Both the position numbers and the translations under genes were made by a program. From the NCBI GenBank assembly GCA_964368445.1, contig CAYJAY010000009.1:4032-68031 (forward strand): a stretch of DNA of 64,000 nucleotides, written 5' to 3'. Source of the DNA: an uncultured Oscillospiraceae bacterium (GTDB taxonomy: Bacteria > Bacillota > Clostridia > Oscillospirales > Ruminococcaceae). Under the pieces are notes generated by a model. The model was not told where the DNA came from. It made no database searches and was given only the letters and a program-made list of their open reading frames with translations. Each line of letters opens with the position of its first letter. Position 1 is the first letter of the stretch. Positions 8,774 to 18,248 of the stretch are shown here, in pieces.

Positions 8774-9754
8774 CTACATATCATTTTTAATCAGTCTTAT
8801 GTCGTTTCCGACAAACGGTAAAGTTGTGTAACAACCGACAAGCCTAGAGCTTATCTTTTCGCCATATCTAACCGCAAACAAACTGTCGTCCAATATGTTT
8901 GTCGTTATAATTGTCGAAAGTTTTCGGTTTAGTCGTGTGTTGATTATTTCATATAAAGTTCCGGTTATAAACGCATTGTTGAATTCGGTGCCAAGATCGT
9001 CCAGAATTAAAAGTTCGGTAGAACAAAGTTGTTTTAACGTGTCGGTGTTGTGTCCGCGGTCGAAATATTCTTGTTCAATCTGTTTCAAGATTGTTGAAGC
9101 GTTACAATATATACAATCAAAACCCTTTTCAATGACGCTGTTTGCAATGCTTAAAGCAAGATGGGTTTTGCCAAGACCGGCGTTGCCAAGCATCAAAAGA
9201 TTTTGTGAGTTTTTGAGATAGAAGTTTTCCGCAAACGATCTGCATGTTTCTAAATTTGATTCCATTAAACTTCTAGGGGAAATTTCAATCTGGGGATCTA
9301 TCTTTTCAGAGTAATATGAAAGTGAAAAGTCTTTGAAACTGCAAAGTGAAAGTGAAGAGTTGTTTGATATTTTTTTTCTGTTAAAACTGCCAATCAACTG
9401 TTTGTAACAGGAGCAGGTTTTTTGCTCGACCATGCCTAAATCTTTACACAAGACACAGTGGTAATGTGGGGATTTTACGCTTTTGTCCAAGTCGACGGTA
9501 TCAATAAGTTGTTGTCGCTTTGAAACAAGTTTTTGTTTTTCGGCTTCGGTCGCTTTTTTTTCTGTTAAATTCCCGAGAACACCTTGTTTTATAGAGCTTA
9601 TCCCAAGTAAAGAAATATCGCGATTTAACTGTTCAAGAGACGGTATCTTTTCAAGCAAAAGCTGTTTATTTTTTTCATCGATTTCAAAATTTCGCAAACG
9701 TCGACGATTAAGCTCGTTCTCGGCATATTGAGTTGCATTTTCAAAAATAGTCAT
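8774..9754 (-). CDS. DnaC/DnaI-like replicative helicase loader ATPase
   Basis: Walker A GNAGLGKTHL and Walker B LLILDDLG, with an N-terminal Cys-rich region. It sits downstream of a DnaD-domain gene. Confidence 0.75.
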   Translation of the reverse strand: MTIFENATQYAENELNRRRLRNFEIDEKNKQLLLEKIPSLEQLNRDISLLGISSIKQGVLGNLTEKKATEAEKQKLVSKRQQLIDTVDLDKSVKSPHYHCVLCKDLGMVEQKTCSCYKQLIGSFNRKKISNNSSLSLCSFKDFSLSYYSEKIDPQIEISPRSLMESNLETCRSFAENFYLKNSQNLLMLGNAGLGKTHLALSIANSVIEKGFDCIYCNASTILKQIEQEYFDRGHNTDTLKQLCSTELLILDDLGTEFNNAFITGTLYEIINTRLNRKLSTIITTNILDDSLFAVRYGEKISSRLVGCYTTLPFVGNDIRLIKNDM

Positions 9755-9770
9755 ATGTTAATCCATCACA

Positions 9771-10688
9771 TTAAATTTGTTTTTTTACCGCACGTTTTAT
9801 CAAAGAATCTTTGCTTTTGTCGATCTTTGGAACAGGGGCAGGGGCGTTGGAGGGTTGTTTGTTTCGTGTGTCTGCAACCGCCTTAACGCCGTTTTTGTGC
9901 CAATCTTTAAGAATCGAATTTATGTAGGCAACCGAATGTTTTTGCTCCTCATTGCAGTATTTTTGAGCTTCTTCTATTAAAGTGGAGGTAAAACCATATT
10001 CCTCATACCACCTAATTATATGTTGTTTATCTTTATATTTGAAACTGTCGTGGTCAACGTCTAAAGTCCTTGCAACCTTGATTTCGCGTCGCTCTCGTTT
10101 TTCAAGGAGCTTTAGGTGTTTTTCTGCTTTTTCCACACAGTCAATTTGTTCCTCTTTCCAAGCTCGACATATTTTTTCGATATAATTAAACAAGCTGCGC
10201 TTTGCCCTTTTTTTGCTGTACGCGATTATCATAAGCAAGACATCCACAGGAAGTTCAAACGACATATACATCGTAAACAATCGTGAAGTTTCGCTGTCCG
10301 AAATGGTTCTGCCAAGATATCTTTGTGTTTCTTGGAAAAGGTGTGAAATCTCGGGGTTGCGAAGCAGGTTTTTTTCTATTTCAAATATCGAGTATTCTTT
10401 TACGGTTTCTTGTGCATCGTTTGTCACAACAGCTTGCGGTTTTATGTTTTTCGAAGCCGCATCTTGATTTGCGTATGATAAAAAACCACAATCAGTCCAA
10501 AATTTGAGCGACTTTACGACCTTGTCAATCGGAATATTAAGCTCGGTTGCAATTCTTTTTGGTTCGCTTTGTTTGTTCAAAATCATAAATAGCGCAACTT
10601 TAAGAGACGCCGCGTCCGCCAAACGATAGCGTTCGACTAAACTTAGCGGTAAAAAAGATGCGTCTATATCGTTTGATAATGAATACAA
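9771..10688 (-). CDS. DnaD-domain replication initiation/primosome protein
   Basis: 305 aa. The C-terminal region has DnaD-like repeat character (ETSRLFTMYMSFELPVDVLLMIIAY, INSILKDWHKNGV), and the gene is paired with a DnaI-like loader. Confidence 0.65.
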   Translation of the reverse strand: MYSLSNDIDASFLPLSLVERYRLADAASLKVALFMILNKQSEPKRIATELNIPIDKVVKSLKFWTDCGFLSYANQDAASKNIKPQAVVTNDAQETVKEYSIFEIEKNLLRNPEISHLFQETQRYLGRTISDSETSRLFTMYMSFELPVDVLLMIIAYSKKRAKRSLFNYIEKICRAWKEEQIDCVEKAEKHLKLLEKRERREIKVARTLDVDHDSFKYKDKQHIIRWYEEYGFTSTLIEEAQKYCNEEQKHSVAYINSILKDWHKNGVKAVADTRNKQPSNAPAPVPKIDKSKDSLIKRAVKKQI

Positions 10689-10803
10689 CTACAGTTTCTC
10701 CTAAATATAATTGGTAGTTTTAATTTTAAATAAAGCTACGAGAGAAGTCAAACAAAATACAAAAAACAAAGTCTAAATTTTTTTGAAACAAAAGAAATAA
10801 TAC

Positions 10804-10847
10804 AAAAAAACTGACAGGCATGAAAATCCTGTCAAAGTTCTTTTTTT
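10804..10847. terminator. Bidirectional terminator downstream of the HD-domain gene
   Basis: tgacagg/cctgtca stem flanked by A7 on one side and T7 on the other. Confidence 0.6.
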
Positions 10848-10859
10848 ATCGGTGATAAA

Positions 10860-11438
10860 CTAATCGTTTTCCAACAGATATGTAGCTTGCAAATCTGCAA
10901 CATGAAGCTTTACCGCTAAAGGATATTTTGAAAAGGCGTTGCTAACGCTATAGCCGCCTACCTTAGCGTCACTGTCAAAGCCGCCCATGTGCCAACGTAT
11001 AGCTATAGCTTCTTCGTTTTTTAGCTTAAAAAACCGCTCGATAAGATAAACTGATTTTTCGCCGTGTCCAAACGGGAACTTATCTTCGATTGAATAGTAG
11101 GGAACCTTTTCCCAAGCACCGGTTTGTTCGTTTTTAACGTTACGGGTAGATTCTTTGTAAAACTCGACTTTACAAAGATCATGGAGCAACGCCGAAATGG
11201 CGATACTTTCAAGCTTTTCTTTGTTTTCCGAGATCTCTTCGTTTTTCATCATGACATCAAAAACGTTGAGTGAATGTGAAACCAAACCGTATTTACACGC
11301 GCTGTGAAACTTTGTGCTTGCCGGCGCAACAAAAAAGTCGGTCGTGTCAAGCCAATCGAGCAACTTTAAACTTCCTTCGCGTTCGATATGTTTGCGATAC
11401 AATCCGATAAATCGATCTCTAAACTCTGTCACGACCAC
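10860..11438 (-). CDS. HD-domain phosphohydrolase
   Basis: Has HS...LLHDLCK metal-binding motifs. It lies 3 nt downstream of the PC4-like gene. Confidence 0.7.
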   Translation of the reverse strand: MVVTEFRDRFIGLYRKHIEREGSLKLLDWLDTTDFFVAPASTKFHSACKYGLVSHSLNVFDVMMKNEEISENKEKLESIAISALLHDLCKVEFYKESTRNVKNEQTGAWEKVPYYSIEDKFPFGHGEKSVYLIERFFKLKNEEAIAIRWHMGGFDSDAKVGGYSVSNAFSKYPLAVKLHVADLQATYLLEND

Positions 11439-11441
11439 CCC

Positions 11442-11663
11442 TTAAAGTTCCATTTCGTTTAAGATCTCTTTTAAAACCTTAATCTCTTCGATTGAAAGGG
11501 AAATTCCTTTTCCCATTTTTTCGTTACCGGGCGCCCAATCCCTTATATCATATTTGGGATCTCTTCCGTTCCAACTTATAAGGTTAACCGAACGGCTCCA
11601 ACCGTTTGCATTTTCGGAAAGGGTTCCGATGTTTTCGACTATATCATATGTGAATTCAGCCAT
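11442..11663 (-). CDS. YdbC/PC4-like ssDNA-binding protein
   Basis: MAEFTYDIVENIGTLSENANGWSRSVNLISWNGRDPKYDIRDW matches the YdbC (DUF2128, PC4 fold) pattern. The start was moved to the internal ATG. Confidence 0.7.
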   Translation of the reverse strand: MAEFTYDIVENIGTLSENANGWSRSVNLISWNGRDPKYDIRDWAPGNEKMGKGISLSIEEIKVLKEILNEMEL

Positions 11664-11873
11664 TTTACAACTCCTCTTTTTTATAGAAAATAGGTGACAA
11701 CCTGCCACAATATAAATATACTTTATCTATGAAAAAAAAACAATAGTATAATTTAAATAAAAATAACAAAAATTTTAATATATTATTACTTGTTTATTAT
11801 TAAATTAAATAATAATAGCGATTGGCGATGAATACATATTAGTTAAAAGCTCAATTGAAAGGAATTAACTACT

Positions 11874-12146
11874 ATGTTTCTCGCTGTTTCGGTGATAGTA
11901 TTAAACGTCTTTTTTGTCACATTGATTGTGGTTAGAGAGATATCTAAAAGCAAAATTCCGTTTAAAATTTCCGTTTGCTGTGTGGTGGTTGGAACCGCTT
12001 TTTTATATGCATTGAATTTTATCGGAGAGAGATTTGCTACAACGCTAAACATAAACTATTTGACAACAAGCACGGCTTCGTTGCTCGGAATTCCCGGAAT
12101 TATAATAATGTATGTGATTAGGTTTGTCGAGATACTTCTCGTATAA
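11874..12146 (+). CDS. bofA: Pro-sigma-K processing inhibitor BofA family protein
   Basis: 90 aa with 2 TM helices and a C-terminal LLGIPGIIIMYVI motif, as in BofA. Confidence 0.6.
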   Translation: MFLAVSVIVLNVFFVTLIVVREISKSKIPFKISVCCVVVGTAFLYALNFIGERFATTLNINYLTTSTASLLGIPGIIIMYVIRFVEILLV

Positions 12147-12218
12147 TCTTTGCCTTTTGCAGAGATGCTTATAGCCTTAGACAAAAATATATTTCATAAT
12201 TAAATTTAAAAAGAAAAA

Positions 12219-12546
12219 AGTAGGTCTTTAAGCCGAGTTCTGTCTTGAACGACTATCTATCTTGGCCATGCGTCGCCGCTATGGCTCATGCCACGCTTTC
12301 GGACATGCCGGGCCGGCTTAATGTCCATGTCGGTGTTGCTCCGAATAGGGTTTGCAGGGCTATTCGGTCTCCCGATAGCCGGTGAGCTCTTACCTCGCCT
12401 TTCCACCCTTACCGTTAAAAACGGCGGTATATCTCTGTTGCACTTTCCCTGAAGTCGCCTTCGGCTGTCGTTAACAGCTATTCTGCCCTGTGGAGCTCGG
12501 ACTTTCCTCACGTTGATATATCAACGTGCAGTCGCTCAACCTACTT
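12219..12546 (-). ncRNA. rnpB: RNase P RNA (ribozyme component)
   Basis: The minus strand contains GAGGAAAGTCCGAGCTCCACAGGGCAG (universal P4/CR-I region). A P1-like pairing, AGTAGGT at the 5' end with ACCTACT at the 3' end, brackets about 330 nt. Confidence 0.85.
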
Positions 12547-12682
12547 TTTAAGCATTATATCATATTTTAAACGATAGTTAAATATAAAATGATAAACAAT
12601 TTTTCTTTACTGTGGCAGTTTGCGGTGTTATAATTGGTTTAGTTTTAGGGTGGAAACTACCTATGAAAGGGAATGTATAAAA

Positions 12683-13867
12683 ATGTCTAAAGATGTAAAG
12701 GTGTTTCACAATTATGCCGATGAAAAAAAAGAGTCTTTTTCCGAGGTTGTTGCGGAATGGAAACAGCGCGCAAAAAAAATGTATGATGAAACTAACGATG
12801 AAACTAGAATACAGCGTTGGAGTTATTCCAACGGGCTTTATAAATATTTTGACAACCCTGGCAAAGAGATAACCGACAGCAACCCGTATCTTATGTTTGT
12901 CGATCTCGACGAGTATGACAGGTTTGTTAAAAACCAACCGATACCGCTTGACCCTCCGGCGTTTAACAACAAAAACAGGCCTAACTTTTTTGGAACTTCT
13001 ATGGATGAAACGTTGGATGACCCACAAGAATATAAACACCACCTACAAACGTCTTTTGAGAGAATAATGAACGAAGCAGAGGGGATAGACCTCCCTTCGG
13101 TTGCAAAAAATAAAACGTTAAACCCCGAACAGCTTAAGCAGGCGATAATAGATTTTGCAAAAAGCCTTGGGTTTAAAAGTATAGGTGTAACCAAAGTGGA
13201 CAGGCGCTTTGTGGCGGTTGAGGTTGACGACGCTATTATATTTGATACGATAATTATTTTAGGCTATGAAGTGCCAAAAGAGATTGTGCAAAGATACCCC
13301 GAACCAAAGCACGACACCGCCGCATACTACGGATACTACAGCTGTGCAAAACACATCCACACCGTTGCGGATTACATACGAAGCCAAGGTTACGATTGTC
13401 GGGCGCGTTCGTGGGAAGGTTTTATAAAATATCCCGTCCACGCAGTTAACGCGGGAATGGGAAACATGTCTACGTATGGAATTTGTCACACCCCCGAAAT
13501 CGGCACAAGGCTTAAATATGCGTCTATTCTAATAGATGCCGAACTGCCTTTGGACAAGCCGAAAGATTATAATATAGAGGAGTTTTGTTCCAGATGTCGT
13601 CTTTGTCAGAAATCATGTCCTGTCGGCGCCATTCCAAAAGACGCGAAAAGATATCTTGGAACGGTTCGCCGAGTAACCGATCATATAAAATGTTTTGAAT
13701 CTATGTGTACTCGAAAAGAATGTGTCGGTTGTTGGAGGGTTTGTCCGATAAGCATGATAAGCTATGACCATTGCATGACAACGTTGCCGTCATACTACTA
13801 CTACAACCCAAATCGTGACGATATGCCTATCGACAAATACAGAGAAGAGGTTGAACAAAAAAGATGA
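12683..13867 (+). CDS. Cytoplasmic RdhA/QueG-superfamily Fe-S protein (reductive dehalogenase-like or epoxyqueuosine reductase-like)
   Basis: Has CSRCRLCQKSCPVGAIP (CX2CX2CX3CP) plus a second cluster CFESMCTRKECVGCWRVCP, preceded by HAVNAGMGNMSTYGICHTPEIGTRLKYASILIDAELPLDKP. There is no twin-arginine signal. The ATG at 12683 follows an aaaggga RBS. Confidence 0.6.
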   Translation: MSKDVKVFHNYADEKKESFSEVVAEWKQRAKKMYDETNDETRIQRWSYSNGLYKYFDNPGKEITDSNPYLMFVDLDEYDRFVKNQPIPLDPPAFNNKNRPNFFGTSMDETLDDPQEYKHHLQTSFERIMNEAEGIDLPSVAKNKTLNPEQLKQAIIDFAKSLGFKSIGVTKVDRRFVAVEVDDAIIFDTIIILGYEVPKEIVQRYPEPKHDTAAYYGYYSCAKHIHTVADYIRSQGYDCRARSWEGFIKYPVHAVNAGMGNMSTYGICHTPEIGTRLKYASILIDAELPLDKPKDYNIEEFCSRCRLCQKSCPVGAIPKDAKRYLGTVRRVTDHIKCFESMCTRKECVGCWRVCPISMISYDHCMTTLPSYYYYNPNRDDMPIDKYREEVEQKR

Positions 13868-15807
13868 TTAGAACATTTAATATAATCGGAGATCTAACGG
13901 AAAACAAAATTTCCGAGATAGATATATCGAAATCTCCGCTTGATATACTTGCGCAACTTAATATTGGCATGAGAAACAACAGCAAGATAATCGGTGTTCA
14001 GATAGGTGGAGCGCTAGGGGATATTGCTTTTGGAAATCAAATGCTTGAGCCTATAGAAAACCGTCTTAATGACAAGACAGCAGACTATATTATGTTTATA
14101 GGCGAACAGTTTTGCCCTGTAGATTATCTAAGATTTCTCTCTCGCTTTTTAATTCGAGAGGTAAGAATAGAGAGCGACCAAGCGAGATATCTAAACAGTT
14201 GTATAGAAGACATAACGCTTAAAGAAACGAAGCACAATTCGATAGACCGGCTTAAACAAGCGTTGGCACAGCTTTCAAATACCTATGCGGAAATTCGTGT
14301 AAGTGAACTTTATTATCAGATAATCGATCGTTTTGAAGAGGTTATCTTGGAACATATTAACGACAAGTTTTGTGCGACAAGTATATGCAGAACGCTGTTT
14401 ATCGCCCAGTGTGTTAACGCTTGCCCGGCTCATGTTCACATACCGGGCTATGTCGCGTTGATGAAACAAGGCAAGGAGGAAACGGCATATCATCTTATGC
14501 GCAAGACAAACCCTCTGTCGCTTATATGCGGAAAAATATGTGCTAGACCTTGCGAGCAACGTTGCAGAAGAAAAGAGATTGAAAACACCGTTGGAGTGCG
14601 CGCGTTGCAAAAATATATCTCGCTTAATGCTTTGACTAACGGAAACTTTGTCGAGGACAAAGCCGAGCCAAACGGTAAAACGATAGGCATAATCGGAGCG
14701 GGCCCTGCGGGGCTTACGGCGGCATATTTTTTACAAAGAACAGGATATCAAGTCGAGGTTTATGAACAACTTGAAAAAGCTGGTGGTATGCTTGCTAGCT
14801 GTGTGCCGTCATACAGAATGCCGGACGGTGATCTTGATTTAGAGATAAGCTCGATTGTCGCGCTTGGTGTTAACATACATTATCGTTGTGCGGTTGGAAA
14901 AGACATAACGATTGGTAAGCTTAAAGCAAAACACGACGCGGTTATCATTGCTATAGGCGCACAGTTTGGGCGAGAATTAAAATCGCTTTCAAGTGAAAAC
15001 ACCGTTACAGCGGTAGATTTTTTGAAAGATGTGCGAATTAACGGAAAAAAAGATGTTCCCGAAAACGTTGTTGTTTTGGGCGGGGGAGACGTTGCGATAG
15101 ATTCGGCGCGAACCGCCGTAAGACTTGGGGCGAAATCCGTCACGGTGGTTTCGCTTGAAACGTTTGAACAGATGCCGGCAAACTATGAAGAGAAAGATTT
15201 CGCAATTAAAGAGAACATTAAATTTGAAGATGGATACAGCATTAAAGAGTTTAACGATAACGGTGTTTCGCTTGTGAAATGTCATGCCGTCACCGACCTA
15301 GACGGCAGGTTTGCTCCGATTTTGTCCGACCAAGTTTCAAAACAAATCAAAGCAGATTTTTTGATAACGGCGGTAGGGCAGCGTTCCGACTTGTCTCTTT
15401 TACCCGATGATATCAATATTAAAAACGGGTTAATACAAGTTGACAAAACAAGTTTTGAAACTTCGTGCAAAGGAATTTATGCCGTTGGCGACGTTGTGAA
15501 AAACGGAATAGCTATTCGCGCAATTGCCGAGGGCAAAAGCGTGGCGGAAAAGGTTGACGAAGATTTAAGAGGGGTTGGGCTGTACGTGGGTGAGCCGATA
15601 GAGATTCCCGAGATGCCGCTGTCTATCAAAACTTGGGATGATGAGATATGTCAAGAAAAAAACCTGTCGCCGGCTTCTTTGAAAGATAACTTTGAGGAAC
15701 TTGTCCAACCGTTTAACCAAAACGAGGCGTTGTACGAGGCAAACCGTTGCATGAGGTGTGACAGAAATTCGATTCAACCGTTGTGGATACGACCGAAAAA
15801 CATCTAG
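13864..15807 (+). CDS. GltD-like NAD(P)H-dependent FAD/Fe-S oxidoreductase with an N-terminal NuoF-like (SLBB-like) region
   Basis: Has CPAHVHIPGY...ICGKICARPCEQRC Fe-S motifs, the dinucleotide fold IGIIGAGPAGLTAAYFL, and a second GGGDVAIDSART fold. Its ATG overlaps the upstream stop (ATGA). Confidence 0.7.
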   Translation: MIRTFNIIGDLTENKISEIDISKSPLDILAQLNIGMRNNSKIIGVQIGGALGDIAFGNQMLEPIENRLNDKTADYIMFIGEQFCPVDYLRFLSRFLIREVRIESDQARYLNSCIEDITLKETKHNSIDRLKQALAQLSNTYAEIRVSELYYQIIDRFEEVILEHINDKFCATSICRTLFIAQCVNACPAHVHIPGYVALMKQGKEETAYHLMRKTNPLSLICGKICARPCEQRCRRKEIENTVGVRALQKYISLNALTNGNFVEDKAEPNGKTIGIIGAGPAGLTAAYFLQRTGYQVEVYEQLEKAGGMLASCVPSYRMPDGDLDLEISSIVALGVNIHYRCAVGKDITIGKLKAKHDAVIIAIGAQFGRELKSLSSENTVTAVDFLKDVRINGKKDVPENVVVLGGGDVAIDSARTAVRLGAKSVTVVSLETFEQMPANYEEKDFAIKENIKFEDGYSIKEFNDNGVSLVKCHAVTDLDGRFAPILSDQVSKQIKADFLITAVGQRSDLSLLPDDINIKNGLIQVDKTSFETSCKGIYAVGDVVKNGIAIRAIAEGKSVAEKVDEDLRGVGLYVGEPIEIPEMPLSIKTWDDEICQEKNLSPASLKDNFEELVQPFNQNEALYEANRCMRCDRNSIQPLWIRPKNI

Positions 15808-15970
15808 ATACAAAAAAACGAAAAGTGGGTTTTTTAGGAAACCCGCTTTTGTTGTCCAAGCTATGTATCAAATGTTACAAAAATATTAATTCAAAATTAA
15901 GAAAAACGACCAAGTTGGTTAAAGTGTATTGACATTTTAGAAAAATATGTGATATACTGCCGTTAAATTC

Positions 15971-15990
15971 AACTGTGCACATGCACAGTT
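15971..15990. promoter_or_regulatory. Palindromic LacI-type operator upstream of the LacI-family gene
   Basis: AACTGTGCA-CA-TGCACAGTT has 9-bp perfect inverted arms. It is nearly identical to the site at 17113-17132. Confidence 0.55.
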
Positions 15991-16068
15991 ATTGCGAAGG
16001 CGAAACGTCTAACGGAGAGTTAGTTATAAAATATCCGTGCAAAAACTGAAGCGCAAAGGAGCACGAAT

Positions 16069-17079
16069 ATGTCGATAACGATGAAAGAAATTGCCCAAAT
16101 GGTAGGTACAAGCAGGGGAACTGTTGACAGGGTTTTTAACAACAGGGGTAATGTAAACAAAGATTTAGAAAAAAAGATACTCTCGATAGCAAAAAAATAT
16201 GACTATGTGCCAAACTCAACAGCTAAACTGCTGGTTGCTTCCCAAAAGAAAGTCAAAATAGGGGTTATAATTAATTCGGTTGGTAACGTTTTTTTTGATG
16301 ATGTCTTGGAGGGTATAAACAAGGCAAAACGAGAATGGAAAAACAATATAGATGTTGTGATTAAAAAGCTTAAAGGATACAACCCCGAAGATCAACTTAA
16401 CGCTATTTCAGAGCTTTGTGATCAAGGCATCGAGGCTTTGGCGATAACGCCGGTTGACGATTCGATGATTGCTTTTAAGCTAAACGAGATTATCGCTCGA
16501 GGGGTTTGGGTTAACTTTATTAATGCAGATATCGAAAAAGTCGAAAGGCTTGTAATGGTCGGAGCGGACAACACAAAGATTGGACAGATTGCGGGGAACA
16601 TTGCGCATATCCACTTAAAAGGCAGAAAAAATGTAGCGATAGTCACCGGTTCTTACAACAACTCAAGCAACAAAAAACGCGTTGCAGGTTTTGCCCAAGT
16701 TGTTCGAGAAGATAGCAACCACCAAATTGTCGATGTGATAGAAAACCACGATAACGATGAGACTTCTTATAGCGTTGTGAAACGTCTTCTCAAAGACGGC
16801 CAAGTGGATTTAATTTTTTTCTGTGCCGGTGGAATTATTGGCGGCATAAAGGCGATTGAAGAATATAAAGGAAACATTTCGGCGATAACCGTTGACATGA
16901 ACGACAAGATTAAACAACATTTTCAAACCGGTTTAGTCATAGCTTCGATAACCCAAGACCCGAAAACACAAGGATATCTGCCGATTAAAGTGCTTGTTGA
17001 AAAAGCTGTATTTGGCAAAGATCCTTCAAAAAGAAAGATACACACAGAAAATAAAATAGTGATGAAGTATTCGTATTGA
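16069..17079 (+). CDS. LacI-family transcriptional regulator
   Basis: N-terminal HTH MKEIAQMVGTSRGTVDRVFNNRG followed by a periplasmic-binding-protein-like fold. Confidence 0.85.
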   Translation: MSITMKEIAQMVGTSRGTVDRVFNNRGNVNKDLEKKILSIAKKYDYVPNSTAKLLVASQKKVKIGVIINSVGNVFFDDVLEGINKAKREWKNNIDVVIKKLKGYNPEDQLNAISELCDQGIEALAITPVDDSMIAFKLNEIIARGVWVNFINADIEKVERLVMVGADNTKIGQIAGNIAHIHLKGRKNVAIVTGSYNNSSNKKRVAGFAQVVREDSNHQIVDVIENHDNDETSYSVVKRLLKDGQVDLIFFCAGGIIGGIKAIEEYKGNISAITVDMNDKIKQHFQTGLVIASITQDPKTQGYLPIKVLVEKAVFGKDPSKRKIHTENKIVMKYSY

Positions 17080-17112
17080 ATTTAACTATGTGAAAGGTCG
17101 CTTTTTACGCTT

Positions 17113-17132
17113 GATTGTGCACGTGCACAGTT
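17113..17132. promoter_or_regulatory. Palindromic LacI-type operator upstream of the sugar catabolism/ABC operon
   Basis: GATTGTGCACGTGCACAGTT. The core TGTGCACGTGCACA (17116-17129) is a perfect 14-bp palindrome. Confidence 0.55.
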
Positions 17133-17244
17133 ATAGTTTATTTTGTTTTTTTGTAAAATATCTTTGCAACCGGTTAGTAACTCGTTAGCAAACCGGGGAA
17201 CAAAGATGTAATATATGACAAAGGTTAAAGGAGATTAAAAAAAT

Positions 17245-18234
17245 ATGAGCAGACTAGTTACTTTGACAACCTGCCAATGGGCAGACATTCCATTCGACGA
17301 AATGTGCGAATTGGCTGTTAAAATGGGATATGACGGGTTGGAACTCGCGACATGGGGAAACCACGTCGACATCGATAAAGCGTATAGCGACGACAGCTAT
17401 GTTGAATATATGCTTGAAACGCTTAAAAAACACGGTCTTGTTTGTAAAGCTCTTGCAACTCACATTATCGGACAATGCGTTGGCGACGCTCCCGACCCGA
17501 GATTGAACAACTTCGCACCGGCAGAACTTGCAGACGATCCGGCGGCAATTCGGGCTTGGGGAATAAGCCAGATGAAAAAAGTTGCGGTTGTCGCAAACAA
17601 AATGGGCGTTAAAGTAGTTACCGGTTTCACAGGTTCGCCTATCTGGAAATATCTATATTCTTTCCCACAAACAACGGTAGAGATGGTGGAAGCCGGGTTT
17701 GATGAGATTGTTGAACTTTGGACGCCTATCATGGAGGTTTTTAAAGCTAACGATGTGAAATTCGCTCTTGAAGTTCACCCGGGCGAAATCGCGTTTGACT
17801 ATTATTCAACTAAAAAATTACTTGAAAAATTTGCAAATTGCGAAACTTTCGGTTTAAACTTTGATCCTAGCCATTTGATTTGGCAAGGCGTGTGCCCACA
17901 TCTTTTCCTTCGCGATTTCGCAAGCAGAGTGTACCATGTGCACATGAAAGACGCCGCAGTCACACTTGATGGCAGAAGCGGACTTTTGGGTTCACACATC
18001 GACTTTGGCGATTTAAGAAGAGGCTGGAACTTCCGTTCATTGGGTCATGGAGATGTTGATTTTGAATCGATAATAAGAGAACTTAACGCGATGGGTTACA
18101 CAGGCCCGCTTTCGGTTGAATGGGAAGACAGTGGAATGGAAAGAGTCCACGGCGGAACAGAAGCCGCGGCTTTTGTCAGAAGAGTTGATTTTTCGCCGTC
18201 AGACGTTAAGTTTGACGAAGCTATTTCCAACTAG
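17245..18234 (+). CDS. Sugar phosphate isomerase/epimerase (xylose isomerase-like TIM barrel)
   Basis: 329 aa with the pattern typical of this family: GYDGLELATWG, FALEVHPGE, HVHMKD. Confidence 0.8.
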   Translation: MSRLVTLTTCQWADIPFDEMCELAVKMGYDGLELATWGNHVDIDKAYSDDSYVEYMLETLKKHGLVCKALATHIIGQCVGDAPDPRLNNFAPAELADDPAAIRAWGISQMKKVAVVANKMGVKVVTGFTGSPIWKYLYSFPQTTVEMVEAGFDEIVELWTPIMEVFKANDVKFALEVHPGEIAFDYYSTKKLLEKFANCETFGLNFDPSHLIWQGVCPHLFLRDFASRVYHVHMKDAAVTLDGRSGLLGSHIDFGDLRRGWNFRSLGHGDVDFESIIRELNAMGYTGPLSVEWEDSGMERVHGGTEAAAFVRRVDFSPSDVKFDEAISN

Positions 18235-18248
18235 AGGGGTGTCAAAAA

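Noticed and set aside
12257-12511. 84-aa ORF on the minus strand
   Set aside because: It lies entirely inside the RNase P RNA, which has the GAGGAAAGTCCGAGCTCCACAGGGCAG core. The Arg/Pro-rich translation is an artefact of the GC-rich structured RNA.
12578-13042. 154-aa minus-strand ORF, and the ORF-track start at 12620 for the RdhA-like gene
   Set aside because: The minus-strand ORF is antisense to the Fe-S protein gene and has a repetitive K/F/I-rich translation. The plus-strand gene more plausibly starts at the RBS-preceded ATG at 12683.
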